This document shows positions 26,741 to 39,900 of a stretch of 64,000 nucleotides of DNA, in pieces. A program made the translations under genes and the position numbers. The notes under the pieces are model-generated. The model made no database searches. It was not told where the DNA came from and saw only the letters and a program-made list of their open reading frames with translations. The first letter of the stretch is position 1. Every line of letters begins with the position of its first letter. The DNA is from Heteronotia binoei (Eukaryota). The stretch is from contig NC_083243.1 in the NCBI RefSeq assembly GCF_032191835.1, positions 173,910,001-173,974,000 on the forward strand, in the 5' to 3' direction.

Positions 26741-27804
26741 TTGTCTTGCAGTTCTCACCACTTTAGCTCAGTGTAAGACTTAGGTATCATACCCAACTTT
26801 CTGCGCTGAAAATAAAATGCGCACAATTAATAGAGAGGCATGCTTAATTTATTCATTGCTCATGGAAGTGGTTTTCTAAAGAGGATTGGATATTGGAAAG
26901 GTATGTATGTGTGTACAACAAATGTTGTCTGCTTTGTTTTCATTGATGTATAGGACAAAAAGCTGAACTTAGGGAAAAAAGAATAAAACTCCTGAGGATG
27001 TTGGAATGCTGAATTGCATACCCCAAAACTGACCCTGTGGTTGCTCTTTGTGACCACACCCTTAGAAAAGAAATAGCTGTGGCTTGGTATAACTTTCTAG
27101 CCTCCAGAAGTATTTTCAAGGCCTCAGTTTCCTGCCATGATTTGGTAGAGCTACTCTTTAAAATTGTAAACTTCTAGATGGCCGGAGTAACGATTTCCAT
27201 ATGTGCAGGTTGGTTCATGTTAAGAAATCTGTGTACATTTTCAGATGAACATGTGACCCGTAGTGTGAGAATGTCTGCTTCATAGTGTAAATCACTACAT
27301 GGGTACAAGATCCTGAGTTAGCATCATACTGTAGGGCTATAGTGTGAGATTCCCTCCTGTATCCAGTCAGAGAACCTGAACTGACATTTCCAAGGGCTCT
27401 GCCTCCACAAAATGTTCAGCAATGGGGTTCTCCTGGATTTATCATATTAAAGGCTGATTAGCACACATCTACAGAAACTTTTAACTTTTTTTTTTTTTAG
27501 ATATGAAGTTTTCTTTAGTGGACTGGACACAATGAAATACAAGCATGAGAAAGTGAACCCTACAGTTATTGTGAAAATAAATGCTAAAATGATCAAAGTA
27601 CCTATAATTGCTTTTAGCAAGTAATAGTTTTTAAAAGCACATGTTTCAGCTGTCTCACTGCTTTTAGGGATAATCAAATAAACCCGACTTACCCACAGAA
27701 ATTAATCACCCGTTCTCCTTTTGAGACCTTCATCCAGAGAAATCAGATTTGTTTGTCACAGGAATACATATTTATAGAAAAAACATCAGTTCTTCTCTCT
27801 AAAC

Positions 27805-29520
27805 TAGCGCTGTCAAACATTCGCCCGGGGACCAAGTCAGGCCCCTGGAGGTCCTGAGCAACTGGCCGTCATCTGCTTCCTTCTCCCTCTCTCTTGCTTC
27901 CTTCATCACAACCAAAACACACCAGATATCTCCCTTGTTCAATGAAAACAATGCACTTAATTACACAAAAACATGAAAAATATACAAAACACTAGAAATA
28001 CATATAGCAAAAAAGTCAAAATGTTGTAACATACACTGTTGCCAATAAATACAACTGTCAAAATTACACAAACCAAACAACCAAGTTATCAATACAATTC
28101 TAGGCTTCCAAGGAATATGTAAAGAATATTCAACATTCAAGAGTACTGTGAATATAAATTCTCCAAATATGCATAAAGTTGGTTCTCAACGGAATTTCAA
28201 TCGTTATACTTCCTGTTTCGATAAATATCTTTATCAAGAGATGCACATATAAACAACTTAAGCCTTTACGCTAAGGTTCTCAAAACTATGCATCAGATTC
28301 AAAATATTTATTTTAATGCTTTACAGCTTGCTTTGCCAGGCTTGCTTAATCACACAGAAACTACAGCATCTCTTTTCTTCATTTGCTGAGGCTCCTCTTT
28401 TGGGGAGGAAGGGTGGGAGGGATAGCTTGCTTTGCCAGGCTCTCTCAATCACACAGCAAAGCTACTGAGCCTGCCTCTCTTCCTTTTATTGGGTGAGGCT
28501 CCTCCCCCTCCTGGTCCCCTGGGGAAGGAAGGGAAGTGCCAGAGCTTCCTTTGCCCAGTTTGCTGGATCCCATTGGAGAGATACAAAGAAAGCATCTTTA
28601 AGACCAATGAATGCTAATGCTTTAATCATGTTCTACTTGAATTTTTATCTCTTCTACCTGGCATTACATTTTATGACACACATAGCCTGGCCCAACAAGG
28701 TTTCATTTATGTCAAATCTGGCCCTCATAACAAATCATCATCACATTTTATTTGTATCCCACCCTCCCCGCCGAAGCAGGCTCAGGGCGGCTAACAACAA
28801 GAATTCAATACATACATTGTATAATATAACATTTTAACTACAATTAAAATTATTTAAAATTCTAGAAACAATAAAATTAATATTTTTGTGCTATTACCCA
28901 GATGGCAAGTTTTACTTAGCAGTTCTACTCAGTGAAGGCCATTCGGAACAGGATGGTCTTGCAGACCCTGCGGAACTGTTCAAAGTCCCGCAGGGCCCGC
29001 ATCTCTTCTGGAAGCTGATTCCACAGCTGTGGAGCCATGACAGAGAAAGCCCGAGTGCGGGAACTCTGGAGTTTTGCCTCTTTTAGCCGCCCTGAGCCTG
29101 CTTGGCGGGGGAGGGCGGGATATAAATAAAATTTTACTTACTTACTTACTTACTTTTGGCCCGGGGATAGTCAGCAGGTTCTTCCCTGCTGACCTCAGTG
29201 CTCTCTGGGGTTTGTGCGGGGAGAAACGGTCCCTAAGGTAGGCAGGTCCTCGGCCATATAGGGCTTTAAAGGTAATGACCAGCACTTTGTAACGAATCCG
29301 GTATATAACTGGAAGCCAGTGCAGTTCACGCAGCCCCGGCTGTATGTGCTCCCACTTTGGGAGCCCCAGCAGCAGTCTAGCAGCCGCGTTCTGCACTAGC
29401 TGCAGCTTCCGGGTTCGGCACAGAGGCAGCCCCATGTAGAGGGCATTACAGTAATCTAGTCTCGAGGTGACCGTTGCATGGATCACTGTTGCCAGGTCCC
29501 AAATCAGCTCAACACCCCTG
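27805..29520. mobile_element. Second, older hAT-Charlie-type element interrupted by L2
   Basis: Left end tagcgctgtcaaacat; internal similarity to 24816-26102; right end ggccctcataacaaatca[L2]aaatcagctcaacacccctg; degenerate TSD CTCTAAAC/CTCTGAGC. Confidence 0.7.
28738..29500 (-). mobile_element. 5'-truncated L2 LINE
   Basis: IHATVTSRLDYCNALYMGLP...LQLVQNAAARLL...LHWLPV.YRI.YKVL...FKALYG.GPAYLRDR; AAATCA duplicated at 28732-28737 and 29501-29506. Confidence 0.85.
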
Positions 29521-29574
29521 CTCTGAGCCATTCTATCATAACCATGTGATATTATTTTTCTAAAAGAAGCCCTG

Positions 29575-29700
29575 ACCTAGATAGCCTGCTCTTGTCCGAT
29601 CTCATAAGTTAAGCAGCGGCAGTCTTGACCTCGAAGAAATACAAGGGTTGTGTCACAGAGGTAGGCAATGGCAAACCACCTCTGAAATGTCTCTTGCCTT
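29575..29700 (+). mobile_element. Degenerate 5S-rRNA-headed SINE-like fragment
   Basis: cttgtccgatctcataagttaagcag resembles the 5S internal promoter (CTCGTCTGATCTCGGAAGCTAAGCAG); followed by ggcaatggcaaaccacctctg of RTE/BovB-linked SINE tails. Confidence 0.4.
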
Positions 29701-30149
29701 AAAGGCAAGTCAGGCTCGCCACCTAGTGGCGCATAATGCCGAAAGAGCTAGAACTTCTGGCTGCCTGACAATCTTTGGAGCTCCTGACTATTCTACACAC
29801 GATGCGATATGATTATTATTATTTCAAAAAGTGATTGGTTCATAACTAATAAGATAAGCAACGTTAATGCTGATCAGATAGCATAGTCGTGTGATGTTAT
29901 GGTCGTGTGATTGGTTCTTAACTAGATAAGCAACATATGAGCTAATCTGCTGGTGGATATGAAATACATCTGATGAAGCAAGATAAGAAGGCCAATCTCA
30001 AACTTAAGCCTAGTTTTTTCTATAACTAGTTCCAACTAACTAAGATGAAAATATTTGAAGCAAATAAAATTCACGGACAGTTAAAAGTGCTTTAGCTCTG
30101 ACTAATTTGAAGACTCATCAAGAAAAGCTTAATAATATAGCTACTGCTA

Positions 30150-30760
30150 CGGGCAGGGGTGGTGCTGGGTTTGTTGCTGCCCCCATGCCTGGGCCCCCCT
30201 CCATGGGGGTCGGAGCGAGGGTGCACCACCCCTTTCAGGTTCTGGGTGGATGAAAGGGGCTGCAAGGATGCTGCGCCTCGCTCTGAGGCTGTCTCCCCTT
30301 GCGGGGGAGGCAGCTAGGAGTGAGACTGTGCTTCCTTCTTTGTCCGCCTGGGTGCCTAGCAGTGAAAGCGGTGGCGGTGGGGCTGCTGTGCCTAGCTCCG
30401 AGACTGTCTCTCCTTGCAGGGGAGGTAGCTGGGAGCAAGGCCACGCCACCTCCTTCATCCACTGAGTGCCGGGTGGATGAAAGGAGCCACAGGGCCGCTG
30501 TGCCTTGCTCCGAGGCTGTCTCTCCTTGCAGGTGAGGTAACCGGGAGTGAGGCTGCTCTCCTCAGAGCCCAGACAGGAAGCCGGGCTTGGAGGGGAACAC
30601 ACACTGGCGTGCGGCCCCGTCTCTCTCAGCTTCCTGGGTCTGCAAGAGTGGTGGAGCAGTGGGAGAGGGCACGTGAAGGCGCCCTGTAGACGAGGTGGCA
30701 TCAGAGTTGGCTGCCTGCCTCGTCTACTCCCACCCATTCGCCATGGCTACAGGGCCATGC
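30150..30760. repeat. GC-rich interspersed element with internal imperfect repeats
   Basis: gctcYgagRctgtctcYccttgcRgg recurs at about 30280, 30397 and 30507; gggtggatgaaagg occurs twice. Confidence 0.45.
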
Positions 30761-32310
30761 TGCCACCAGATGGTAAGATAGTGTAATGTCATACAGTGTT
30801 GCCCTCTGACTTTCCTGTTCATCATTCTGCTGATAAGACTCTAGTTCAGTTGGGTAGAAGTTCCAGCCATGCCTGTATAGGCAGTTTGCAGCTTGCATTA
30901 ATACATACACTGGAGTGGTGGGTTTCTGCAGTGCAGTGTGGTGCTTTCTGTTGGACTGAGCTTTCCATATTCTCAAGCACATTTACTTTGGAGTAGTTAC
31001 GATGGTAGAGAGACTAGTGCAGTAAAGCTTAGTGCTGATCATGGATGTAATGAGCCCTTCGTCTATTTAGGGGGTCTTGGTGGGATGCCAGCTTAGGCAC
31101 CCACGAATATCTAAGCTTGCATTCATGTAGCTATCCCAAAGAGAGGTACATGAGTGTGTGTGTTACATGCATGCTGGGAAACTTGAGGGGCAGGATTAAA
31201 GATGTAAAATTTCCAGAAAATGTGAGGCCATGGGGAAGAATTCTCTAGGAGGAAATTGAAAAGTGTAAATGCCTTGGGGTTGTTTACAAGCAAAAGTGTC
31301 AATGTGCCCAGTACTACAGAGACACAGGCATAAGTTGCTTCATAATTATGTAGTAAATGCCAGCATGTTGTTTGGACAGAAGTAGTCTCATATGGTCATA
31401 TTAAGGCTAACAGCATATTTGGATTGTGAGTTAAACGTCATAACATTGAAGTATTCAGTAGGGTATGATCATGCACAATAGTGCATTCATTGTGGACAAA
31501 ATTGGTCACATTTAAACAATAAGAATATCCTTGAAAATGTTATACTTGGTTACACTATATGCAAGAATTATAATTCTCTATTGTGGCCAGTTGTCTTACA
31601 GTAAAACTTCTTATACCACACGTTTTGGGTGAGTAAATCCTTGTATTAAAAACTATTTCATGCATTCCAAAAGAAACATTTCACAGGTTTCTTTCACTTT
31701 CCAGTTTTTCTAATTTTTCTGTTGGAAAAATTAGGCTGGGGGAGGGGAAACACAAAGAACCCCTGGTGTCTCACATGTCTAGGCTGTGTTGAGTACTAGC
31801 TGATGTGGTCTAGAAGATGACAGAGAGCAACCTTGAACTGGGATATCTGCACTGAAGAAGTTGCTTTTGCTGTGGAGTGAGCATGTGGCCGGCAGGAGGT
31901 GGGGTTCTTGTCTTTAAGCCTTTCTCTTTCAAATTTGTGAAAAACAACCTCACCAACAGAGCAACGTTTAAGACAGGTCGGCACTGGAACTTCCCTGCTT
32001 CTCTTTGGAGGTTAAGGAGAAAAGGGCATTGATTTGCATTGAACAAGTGACTGCCAGCCTGAACTCTCCATCTGAGACAATGTATTGGGAATGACAGAGA
32101 GGGAAGAAGTTAATTTTGCGTTTTTGAAACAGTAGCCACCTTAAGAGACCTGCTATAGCTAAAGTGGGAGAGAAATTAAATAAATAAATAGCAACAACAG
32201 TAATCTGTCATTCAGTCCTGTTGTGCTGAGGTCAGGCCTTTTTGCAAATTGGAAGTGCCATGTAACAATTATCAGGGGTAGTGTATTCACACAATAGGGG
32301 AGAGCTCATA

Positions 32311-32583
32311 AAGAAGAAGACCACAGATTTATACCCCACCGTTCTCTCTGAATCAAAGACTCAGAGCGGCTTGCAATCTCCTCTATCTTCTCCCCTCACA
32401 ACAGACACCATGTGAGGTGGGTGGGGCTGAGAGGGCTTTCACAGCAGCTGCCCTTTCAAGAACAACATAGCGATAGCTATGGCTAACCCAAGCCATTCCA
32501 GCAGCTGTAAGTGGAGGAATGGGGAATCAAACCCAGATAACATGTCCGTCCGCACACTTAACCACTACACCAAACTGGCTCTC
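32311..32583 (-). mobile_element. Squam3-like SINE
   Basis: Similar to 10128-10410. Confidence 0.8.
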
Positions 32584-33011
32584 TAAAGGGCCTAAATCTC
32601 TGAATGGGGAAGCTTGGATGTGTGTGCATGTGCATACATGTCCTTGAAGGCTCTGATGAGACATAATGTGAACCCCTGGTTTAGTTTAACCGTTGGTAGT
32701 GTTTATGAAGATTCAGGGCGCTGATAATCACTGAAATCCTGGCTTGCTCAACAAATACTAGCTTCATTGCTGCTTTGGAAGTTGTCACCAGAGAACGTCA
32801 TTCAGACATACGAAACCATAGTGACAGCGAATTGTAGTTGTGAAGACATACATTTTTTTTCTTTGTAGGTTTGAATTGAGCAAAACTTTCTCCTTGAGTT
32901 TAAAAAAAAATTTCTCTGTCTTGGCAGAGAACAAGCAGGAGAGAGAAAGTGATTTCAGTGGTTTTCTTACCTCACTTCAGCCACCCTTTGAGAATTGCTA
33001 ATGCTCTAGTG

Positions 33012-33334
33012 CAGGGGTGGCCAAACGGTGGCTCAGGAGCCACATGTGGCTCTCTCACACACATTGTGTGGCTTTCAAAGCACCCATTGCACCATCAGCC
33101 GGCTTGGAGAAGGCACTTCTCTCTCTAAATCACTTCTCAAAGCCCCCACTGTCCTGCCAACGGCTTGGAGAATGCATTTAAAGTTAAAGTTGCTTTCCTT
33201 CCACCTCTCCCTCTTCTCTCTCCCATCTGTTTTCCTTCCTTCCCTCAAACATCTGACACTCATGTCTTGCAGCTCTCAAACATCTGATGTTTATTCTATG
33301 TGGCTCCTACATTAAGTGAGTTTGGCCACCCCTT
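33012..33334. mobile_element. hAT MITE (TIR CAGGGGTGGCCAAAC)
   Basis: Termini caggggtggccaaac / gtttggccacccct(t); TSD CTCTAGTG / CTTTAGTG (7 of 8 match). Confidence 0.8.
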
Positions 33335-34235
33335 CTTTAGTGAGAGACAATGGGATGTTCAGTCTCCACACACACCCCCCCCCCCATCTAGCAGGGAACA
33401 GAGATTTGGAGGTATTAAGTACAGAAAAACTTCAGGAAAAAATTCCTGCTAACTTCAGGAGATGTTTCTTTGACCTGCCTGACCTGGTCAGTGGGAGTAG
33501 GAAGAAAACTGATAAAACTCCTGGGAGTGAGAAAGAGGCATCAAGATAATAGAAACCCTTTAGATTAGAACATCCGTAACTTTCTAAGTTAAGGAGTCTA
33601 TTGGGAGGAACATAGGGATTACATTTTACCCTTTTTCTTTTGAATCCCTTTTTCACTCTGGTGTGCTGAGGATATGCTTGTGGACGTTTTCTTGCTAATA
33701 AATGCTTTATTACTTTTGGCGCTGATTGTGGTTCTCTGTAGCACATAGATCTCCATCTTCTTGGACGTTCTATTTTGAAAGGAGCATCAGGAGATAGGGG
33801 AGGGACAGGGGTTGCTCCCTCGGTGGCACATAAGGCAGTAAGCCATCCCTATGATAACCAGATGCTAGTTAGCAGAAGACACAGAGGCAGGGGGCCTTGG
33901 AACTGGGAACAGAAGTTCTGGACCTCCCAGTGGGCAATTCCTACAAAGGCCAGGTGGTGGCGGCGGTGGCTGAACAGAGAAAGAGAGAGAAAAGCCCCTC
34001 CAGGTGCTGGGAAATTTTTCTCCCACAGTAGTTAATAAGTACAGATCCTGATTTGATAGGCTCTAACTCAACATAATGAAGCAGTCTGCATTTTTACAGC
34101 CACACTAACCATAGTTTAAATAAACTTTTTTTTGTGGGGGGAACAATGTTTGAACTAAGCCTCTTAGTAGGAATTGCTCTTTATCATGGAGATAATGTGA
34201 GGTCTCAGTGTCTCTGTTCCTAGAAGAAGATAGTG

Positions 34236-34371
34236 CAGGGGTGGCCAACGGTAGCTCTCCAGATGTTTGTTTCCTACAACTCCCATCAGCCCCAGCCATT
34301 GGCCATGCTGGCTGGGGCTGATGGGAGTTGTAGGCAAAAAACATATGGAGAGCTACCATTGGCCACCCCTG
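34236..34371. mobile_element. Palindromic 136-bp hAT-type MITE
   Basis: CAGGGGTGGCCAA...TTGGCCACCCCTG with almost fully self-complementary arms. Confidence 0.8.
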
Positions 34372-34375
34372 AATA

Positions 34376-34604
34376 GTGGATTTAAACTCCCCCCCCATAC
34401 TCTGAGTCTCAGAGAGGCTTACAATCTAAACCCCCCCCCCAACAGACACCGTGTGAGGTAGGTGGGGCTGAGAGAGCTCTCCTTTCAAGGGCAGTTCTGC
34501 AATAGCTATGGCTGACCCAAGGCCATTCCAGCAGTTGCAAGTGGAGAATCAAACCTGGTTCTCCCAGATAAGAGTCCGTGCACTTAAGCACTGTACCAAA
34601 CTGG
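34376..34604 (-). mobile_element. Squam3-like SINE (diverged)
   Basis: ctgagtctcagagaggcttacaatct...cacttaagcactgtaccaaactgg; ends about 80 bp before the exon 4 acceptor. Confidence 0.75.
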
Positions 34605-34684
34605 TTCCATTTGCATCCTTTTGAACTCTGCTAAAAGGTTTTGCTGAACCTACATTGACCCTGTTATGCTTTCTGTCCCTACAG

Positions 34685-35950
34685 CTGGAGATTCAGAATA
34701 CCAGCAGTCTGTCTGCAGATGGTGAGTTGAGTGCCACGTGGCCCATTGGCATCGCACCCCCTTTCCAACCAAAGACTCGCTTTGAGGTGCTGCGTTGGGA
34801 TTACTTTACTGAAGAGGCAGCCTTTGCCTGTGTGGATGGAGCTCCGAAGTGTGAGCTCCGAGGAGCAGATGCAGTTGACGTGGCAGATGTGGTTGCGGCA
34901 GCTGTAGAAGAACTGAACCACCGATACCAGCCAGTCCTACACGTGCGCAAGCAGCAGTTGCTGAATGGGTACCGCCGCTTTGATCCTACACGAGGCATGG
35001 AGTACACTCTGGATCTGCAGCTGGAGATGGTGACTCAAAAGGGGTACAGCCGTTCACTGGCCAAGAGGGTGCATCTGCTGCGCCCACTTAGTGAGGTTGA
35101 GATCATCCCTATGCCCTACGTGACTGAGGCAAGCCGAGTTAATGTCATCCTTCCACTAACTGCCCCAGAGCGGGACTATGCTGCACGCTTTCTAGAGGTC
35201 TATGCTACAGCAGCCTTTGAGAATGCTGAGAATGCTGTGCTCACTTTTCTTTTCATCTATGATCCCTTTGAAGCTCAACAAGTGTCTCAGAATGATGTCT
35301 TTGGGGCAGTGAAAGCCCGTATCGCAGAATATGAGCGACGGTATACCCAAGTGAAGATCCCCTGGATCAGTGTCAAGACAGACGCACCTTCTCAGATCAA
35401 GGTTATGGATATAATCTCCAAGAAGCACCCTGTGGACACGCTCTTCTTTGTGGCAGGGGTGAGCACAGAGGTCACAACAGAGTTCCTCAACCGTTGCCGC
35501 ATGAACACCATTAATAGCTGGCAGGTCTTCTTCCCCATCCACTTTCAGGGCTACAATCCCACCATTGCTTTCCACAACCAACCCTCTCCTCTTTCTAGCT
35601 TGGATCTGGTACGTGACGCTGGCCACTTTGACCGTGATGCTTTCAATGAAGCTTGCTTCTACAATGCAGACTACATGGCAGCCCGCACGCGCATGGCGTC
35701 TGACGCGCAGGATAACGAGGATATCTTGGAGACCATGGACATGTATGATCTATTTGTCAAGTATTCTAACCTGCACGTCTTCCGTGCTGTAGAACCTGCC
35801 CTTCTCCAGAAGTACAGGCCACACAGCTGCAACCCCCGGCTGAGTGAGGAGCAATATCACCGTTGTGTGCAGAGCAGCTTGGAGGGCCTGGGCTCCCGTG
35901 CCCAGCTGGCCATGGTGCTCTTTGAGCAGGAGCAAGGCAATAGCACGTGA
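34685..35950 (+). CDS. CHPF: CHPF coding exon 4 (last)
   Basis: Acceptor ttctgtccctacag|CTG; LEIQNTS...RFEVLRWDYFTE...NGYRRFDPTRGMEYTLDLQLE...LEGLGSRAQLAMVLFEQEQGNST* matches the CHPF C-terminus. Confidence 0.97.
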   Translation: MEIQNTSSLSADGELSATWPIGIAPPFQPKTRFEVLRWDYFTEEAAFACVDGAPKCELRGADAVDVADVVAAAVEELNHRYQPVLHVRKQQLLNGYRRFDPTRGMEYTLDLQLEMVTQKGYSRSLAKRVHLLRPLSEVEIIPMPYVTEASRVNVILPLTAPERDYAARFLEVYATAAFENAENAVLTFLFIYDPFEAQQVSQNDVFGAVKARIAEYERRYTQVKIPWISVKTDAPSQIKVMDIISKKHPVDTLFFVAGVSTEVTTEFLNRCRMNTINSWQVFFPIHFQGYNPTIAFHNQPSPLSSLDLVRDAGHFDRDAFNEACFYNADYMAARTRMASDAQDNEDILETMDMYDLFVKYSNLHVFRAVEPALLQKYRPHSCNPRLSEEQYHRCVQSSLEGLGSRAQLAMVLFEQEQGNST

Positions 35951-36936
35951 GCCCTGGAAACGGAAGCCAGGGCCAGCCTGCTTCAACCTCCCCCTGCGCT
36001 TGCTTCCTGTAGTAGCAGAGGGGAGCTGAAAATGACTCTTCAAGCTTGGAACCAAGGTGTAGTTGTGACTGGCCTCACGGGCTGCATTGTGGACAGTAGA
36101 TGTAAACGGGAATTGATGCATCGGTTCTAGCTCCGTTTTCTGCCTTGCTCTGTTCCCGTAGCATGGAGCCCAGGTCCTTTCTTTCCCGCTGCAGCAGGAT
36201 TGGCCAACCGCAAGCCCCAACGAAGGGGCAGGCAGGACCTGCCCTGAGACTTGCTTCCTTGAACTGCTCGTTGCTGCAGGTCCTGCCTTTGGTGTTCCTG
36301 GGCTCTTAAAGGGGCCTTCTGGATAAGCAGCAGGAAGGGTTAGTGGGGTGGGCAGAAGTAAAGGAGGCTCTGGGGAGTTGGATCCTGGGAGAGGAAAGGG
36401 AGTGAGAGAATTTCTTTCCTGTAAGGAACATTGCTCATTCCTGTGGCTGCAGCTTTGGTGCTGACTTAATGAACACTCCAGATCTGAGTATGAAGTAACT
36501 CATTTTGAGGCGGGGAGGACAGAGGGTTTCCTGTTGTTTTTTGTTGCTCTGAGACGCTTCCCTTGGAAACCATGACCCAGGCTGCTTTGGCCTCAGATTA
36601 GTATTTTGGGGCGGGGTTAAGAGGGTGGCACAGAACGGACGAGAGTCAAGCTGCCTATATTGCCAGGCTGGATCTGGTATTGTGGGAAAAATCATATTTC
36701 TGGGGCTGCCTCCCATGTATGCTGCCTGCAGGGCTGAAGGTATGTGGATAGCCTACCTTGCTGCCATGTGTAGTCTCCTAGAAGTCTTCAGCAGAATGTA
36801 TGATGTTGGTCAGCCTGGTGCTGTGACCATGGAGGGCAAAACCCAGAATTGTGGGGGAGGGCTGGACGTGGAGCATGGCTCTCCAGTGGGTTTATATTTA
36901 ACATGAGATTGGTAACAAAATTTTGTTTTACACTTT

Positions 36937-36942
36937 AATAAA
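36937..36942 (+). terminator. Candidate CHPF polyadenylation signal (alternative at 37089-37094)
   Basis: AATAAA about 1 kb after the stop codon, preceded by a U-rich stretch. Confidence 0.55.
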
Positions 36943-39900
36943 CTGAAGTGACGCACGAGGCGTTTGGCTGTGATTTCTTGATGTGCAGACATGATTTGGG
37001 GAAAGACAGTGGGAGTTTTACGTATATTAGAACTTGGGGGAAGCTAGTGTGGTATCCTTTTTAAAGAGCGAAAAACAAGTAACTGTAGAATAAACCTCTT
37101 AGCTGTACAGCCACATGCTAGGAAAATCTTAGAACAAATCTCTTATCTTTAATGGATTACAAACTGACCGCTGCCTGCAAATACGAGCTGTTCCACTTTC
37201 ATGGTATAAAATGTTCATACACTTTTAAACTCCCAATGGAGGAGGAATCCATCACAGAACTTTTGACAGTGCAACTGCTATATGATACGTTGAAGATCAG
37301 TTCCGTGGCAGTGGTGATCTTTACAAAGTATTCGTATAGCTGGCTAGTAAAGAAATGAGAGGCAAGTGTGCTGAGGATCTTGAAAACAAAGCTAGAGAGC
37401 AAAGGACTTAAATCCCATGGAAAATTTCCATTAATTGGATGGGGTTGTTTCTTTGATTTCTCCCTTCCATGGCAGACCTCTGACCTTCCCCTCATCCTGT
37501 TTGAACAACAGCATTCTAAGCAGTCTTCCCTCCTTTGTGCCCATTGGCCTTGTACAAGCATGGCTCGTGCTCTACGGGGCTACAGTGACCACTCCTTATT
37601 GTTTATCTGGGAATTTGTAGCCGCCTCCTTTTCAAAGGCCGAAGGCAGGGAACTGTGCGATAAGATACTGTTTTAAAACAGACATTAACACTTCCACATA
37701 TGCTCAGTCAGCCCACATAAAGATGATCATATTCTGGTTTCAGTAAAATAAGCCTCTGTGAGAAAGGGATCATAGTCTGTTTTAATATTTTTTTTGCAGA
37801 TTTTGTGTATTGAATTTAATTGTTCCTTCTTTCCTCTTACCCACACTGTGAGCTGTACCATGGGAGTTTAATGGCTGCGGCCCTGGTTATTCTTCAAGCC
37901 ATACCAAGTTCTGGTACACACAGATTAACAAGTCTGTCAGCCGCTTATTGCAGTACGTATGCCTGCTTAAAGCGATTTAATCAAGCACTATTATTCCAGT
38001 ATTGCTCTTACTTACTGAACAGTGAGCAAGAGATGAGAAGGTGTGCCTAAGATCAAGGCAGTCGTGGTGGCTCTGCCATGTCACCCTCCTTTCTTAAGAA
38101 AAGCCAGATATCTTCCTCGCAACTCGGTGTGCATCCTTGAAGTGCCAGATGTAAACCTCTGTGCCTAGTTTTTTGGGAAAGCCAAATGCAGGCCTCTTCA
38201 AATTTAATTTCCTGTAAATCTGAATTTTGACAGGAAATATTTCTTGATTGAGTGGTACAGTTCCTGAAAATGTCATCCCATCCCAGCTGGATGGAAAACA
38301 AGATGCAAAAACAAATGAAAATCTGATACACCTACTGATACACCTACATATTCTAGGGTACACACTCAAGTCAGAACTGTATGTTTTATGAAGACATGGA
38401 TTCTCTGATTTTCCTAAGGAAATGCTTTGATTTTAGGAGGATTTGAAATAGATAAACAGGGGAGGGAGAAATGGGGATGTTTATCCCTTTCTCTCCTACT
38501 GCTTCTCCATTCCAAATTATGCTCCAAGTTACTTTCCTCCACTTTGTCAGAAGTGCACATTTAATAATAACTATTGAGCTATGCGAGGGGGGCTCCTTGA
38601 AGATAAATGGAGTAGAGGAAAGAGTTTATTAATCTAAGCAGAAACGAATCTAGAAAAAGTTTTCCCATGCGCTGTTTCCTACACACCTAAGCACTTCTTC
38701 CTGCACTATTCTTCTAGTAGGTAAAGGAAGCATGGTGACTTGTTTGTATAGTTTGTGTAGAACAGGGTGAGTGAAAGACTGTACAAAGATAGAAAAGAAG
38801 GGATCAAAAGTAGCAGTGAAAATACTTAAGTAGAGAATGTGGCATGATAGCAGCAATGATGAGAAGAGCAGTAAGATTTTCTACAAGAACAGAATATGGT
38901 ACAAAAGTCTAGCGAGATGAGAATTACAGTGGTCTAGCTGAGTACGGAAAAGGATTAATGGCTGGTACCAAGAGAAAAAGATGGAGATGCTGAGAAGGAA
39001 TGGGTTGTAAGACGAGATATAATCATGTGGGAGGAGGCAGGTTTGGATGGGAAATTATAAACTTGGCCTTTGCCATAGAGATGTTGGTTGGTAGAATATT
39101 CCAGACCAAGTAGTTAACTGTGTTGGTTAGAGATATGGAACAACGGACTAAAAAAGGTGTTTCACTGTTCCCTTTGCAACTGACTTCTTTCTCTACTGGT
39201 TGGGAGCTTAGGTATCTTAGCTTATAATTAAAGGCACAAAAACTCCCACTTCACAGATGGATAACTACAAGTAGCCTTTTGTCAATGCAGCAAGTGTGGA
39301 AAATGGCCAGGTGCAGACTGTTTGCAAACTTGGGTACCTTGCTCTTTGCCCAGAGCAAGAGTAACTACTTATATTGTACTCCCCTCTGTGGGGAGTAGTC
39401 TCAAACTTGTACTAAATACCGTTGGCACCCAGAAAGACTTTCTCAAGAGGGATGTCTTCTGAACACGGTTTTATCATACATACCGGTGTCTCTTCCTAGG
39501 CAATGCAACAGTTTCCAAGAATTGAGCTGCTTCATGGATTGATGTACCTGGCTAGAGATCTCTTTCAAAGTACTGTGAAGACTTCCATTATCACTGCCTA
39601 GGTAAATATGCATAGGAATCGGCCTCCTTAAGATCCTCCTTAAATATTACCTCCTTAGGTTATGCAATGAGCTTATGGAGTACGTCTTTTATCACTTGCT
39701 TCCCATTGTATCCAAAATGCCTCTTTCTCTTCCTCTTGTTTCATTAGTTCCTCAGGGCCCCTTGCAGAATCTCCAAATGTCCCTGCTTTGTTTCTTCCTG
39801 AATGAGATATTTAGCCATCTTTCCCTGACTGCACTTTTTCTTCTCTTTAAACTAGGCCTTTCTTTTGCCTTAGCACACTAAAAAAAAAAAAAATACTCTC

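Noticed and set aside
30147-30786. 196-aa and overlapping ORFs as a gene
   Set aside because: ORFs in several frames on both strands of a GC-rich internally repetitive element; no splice or homology support.
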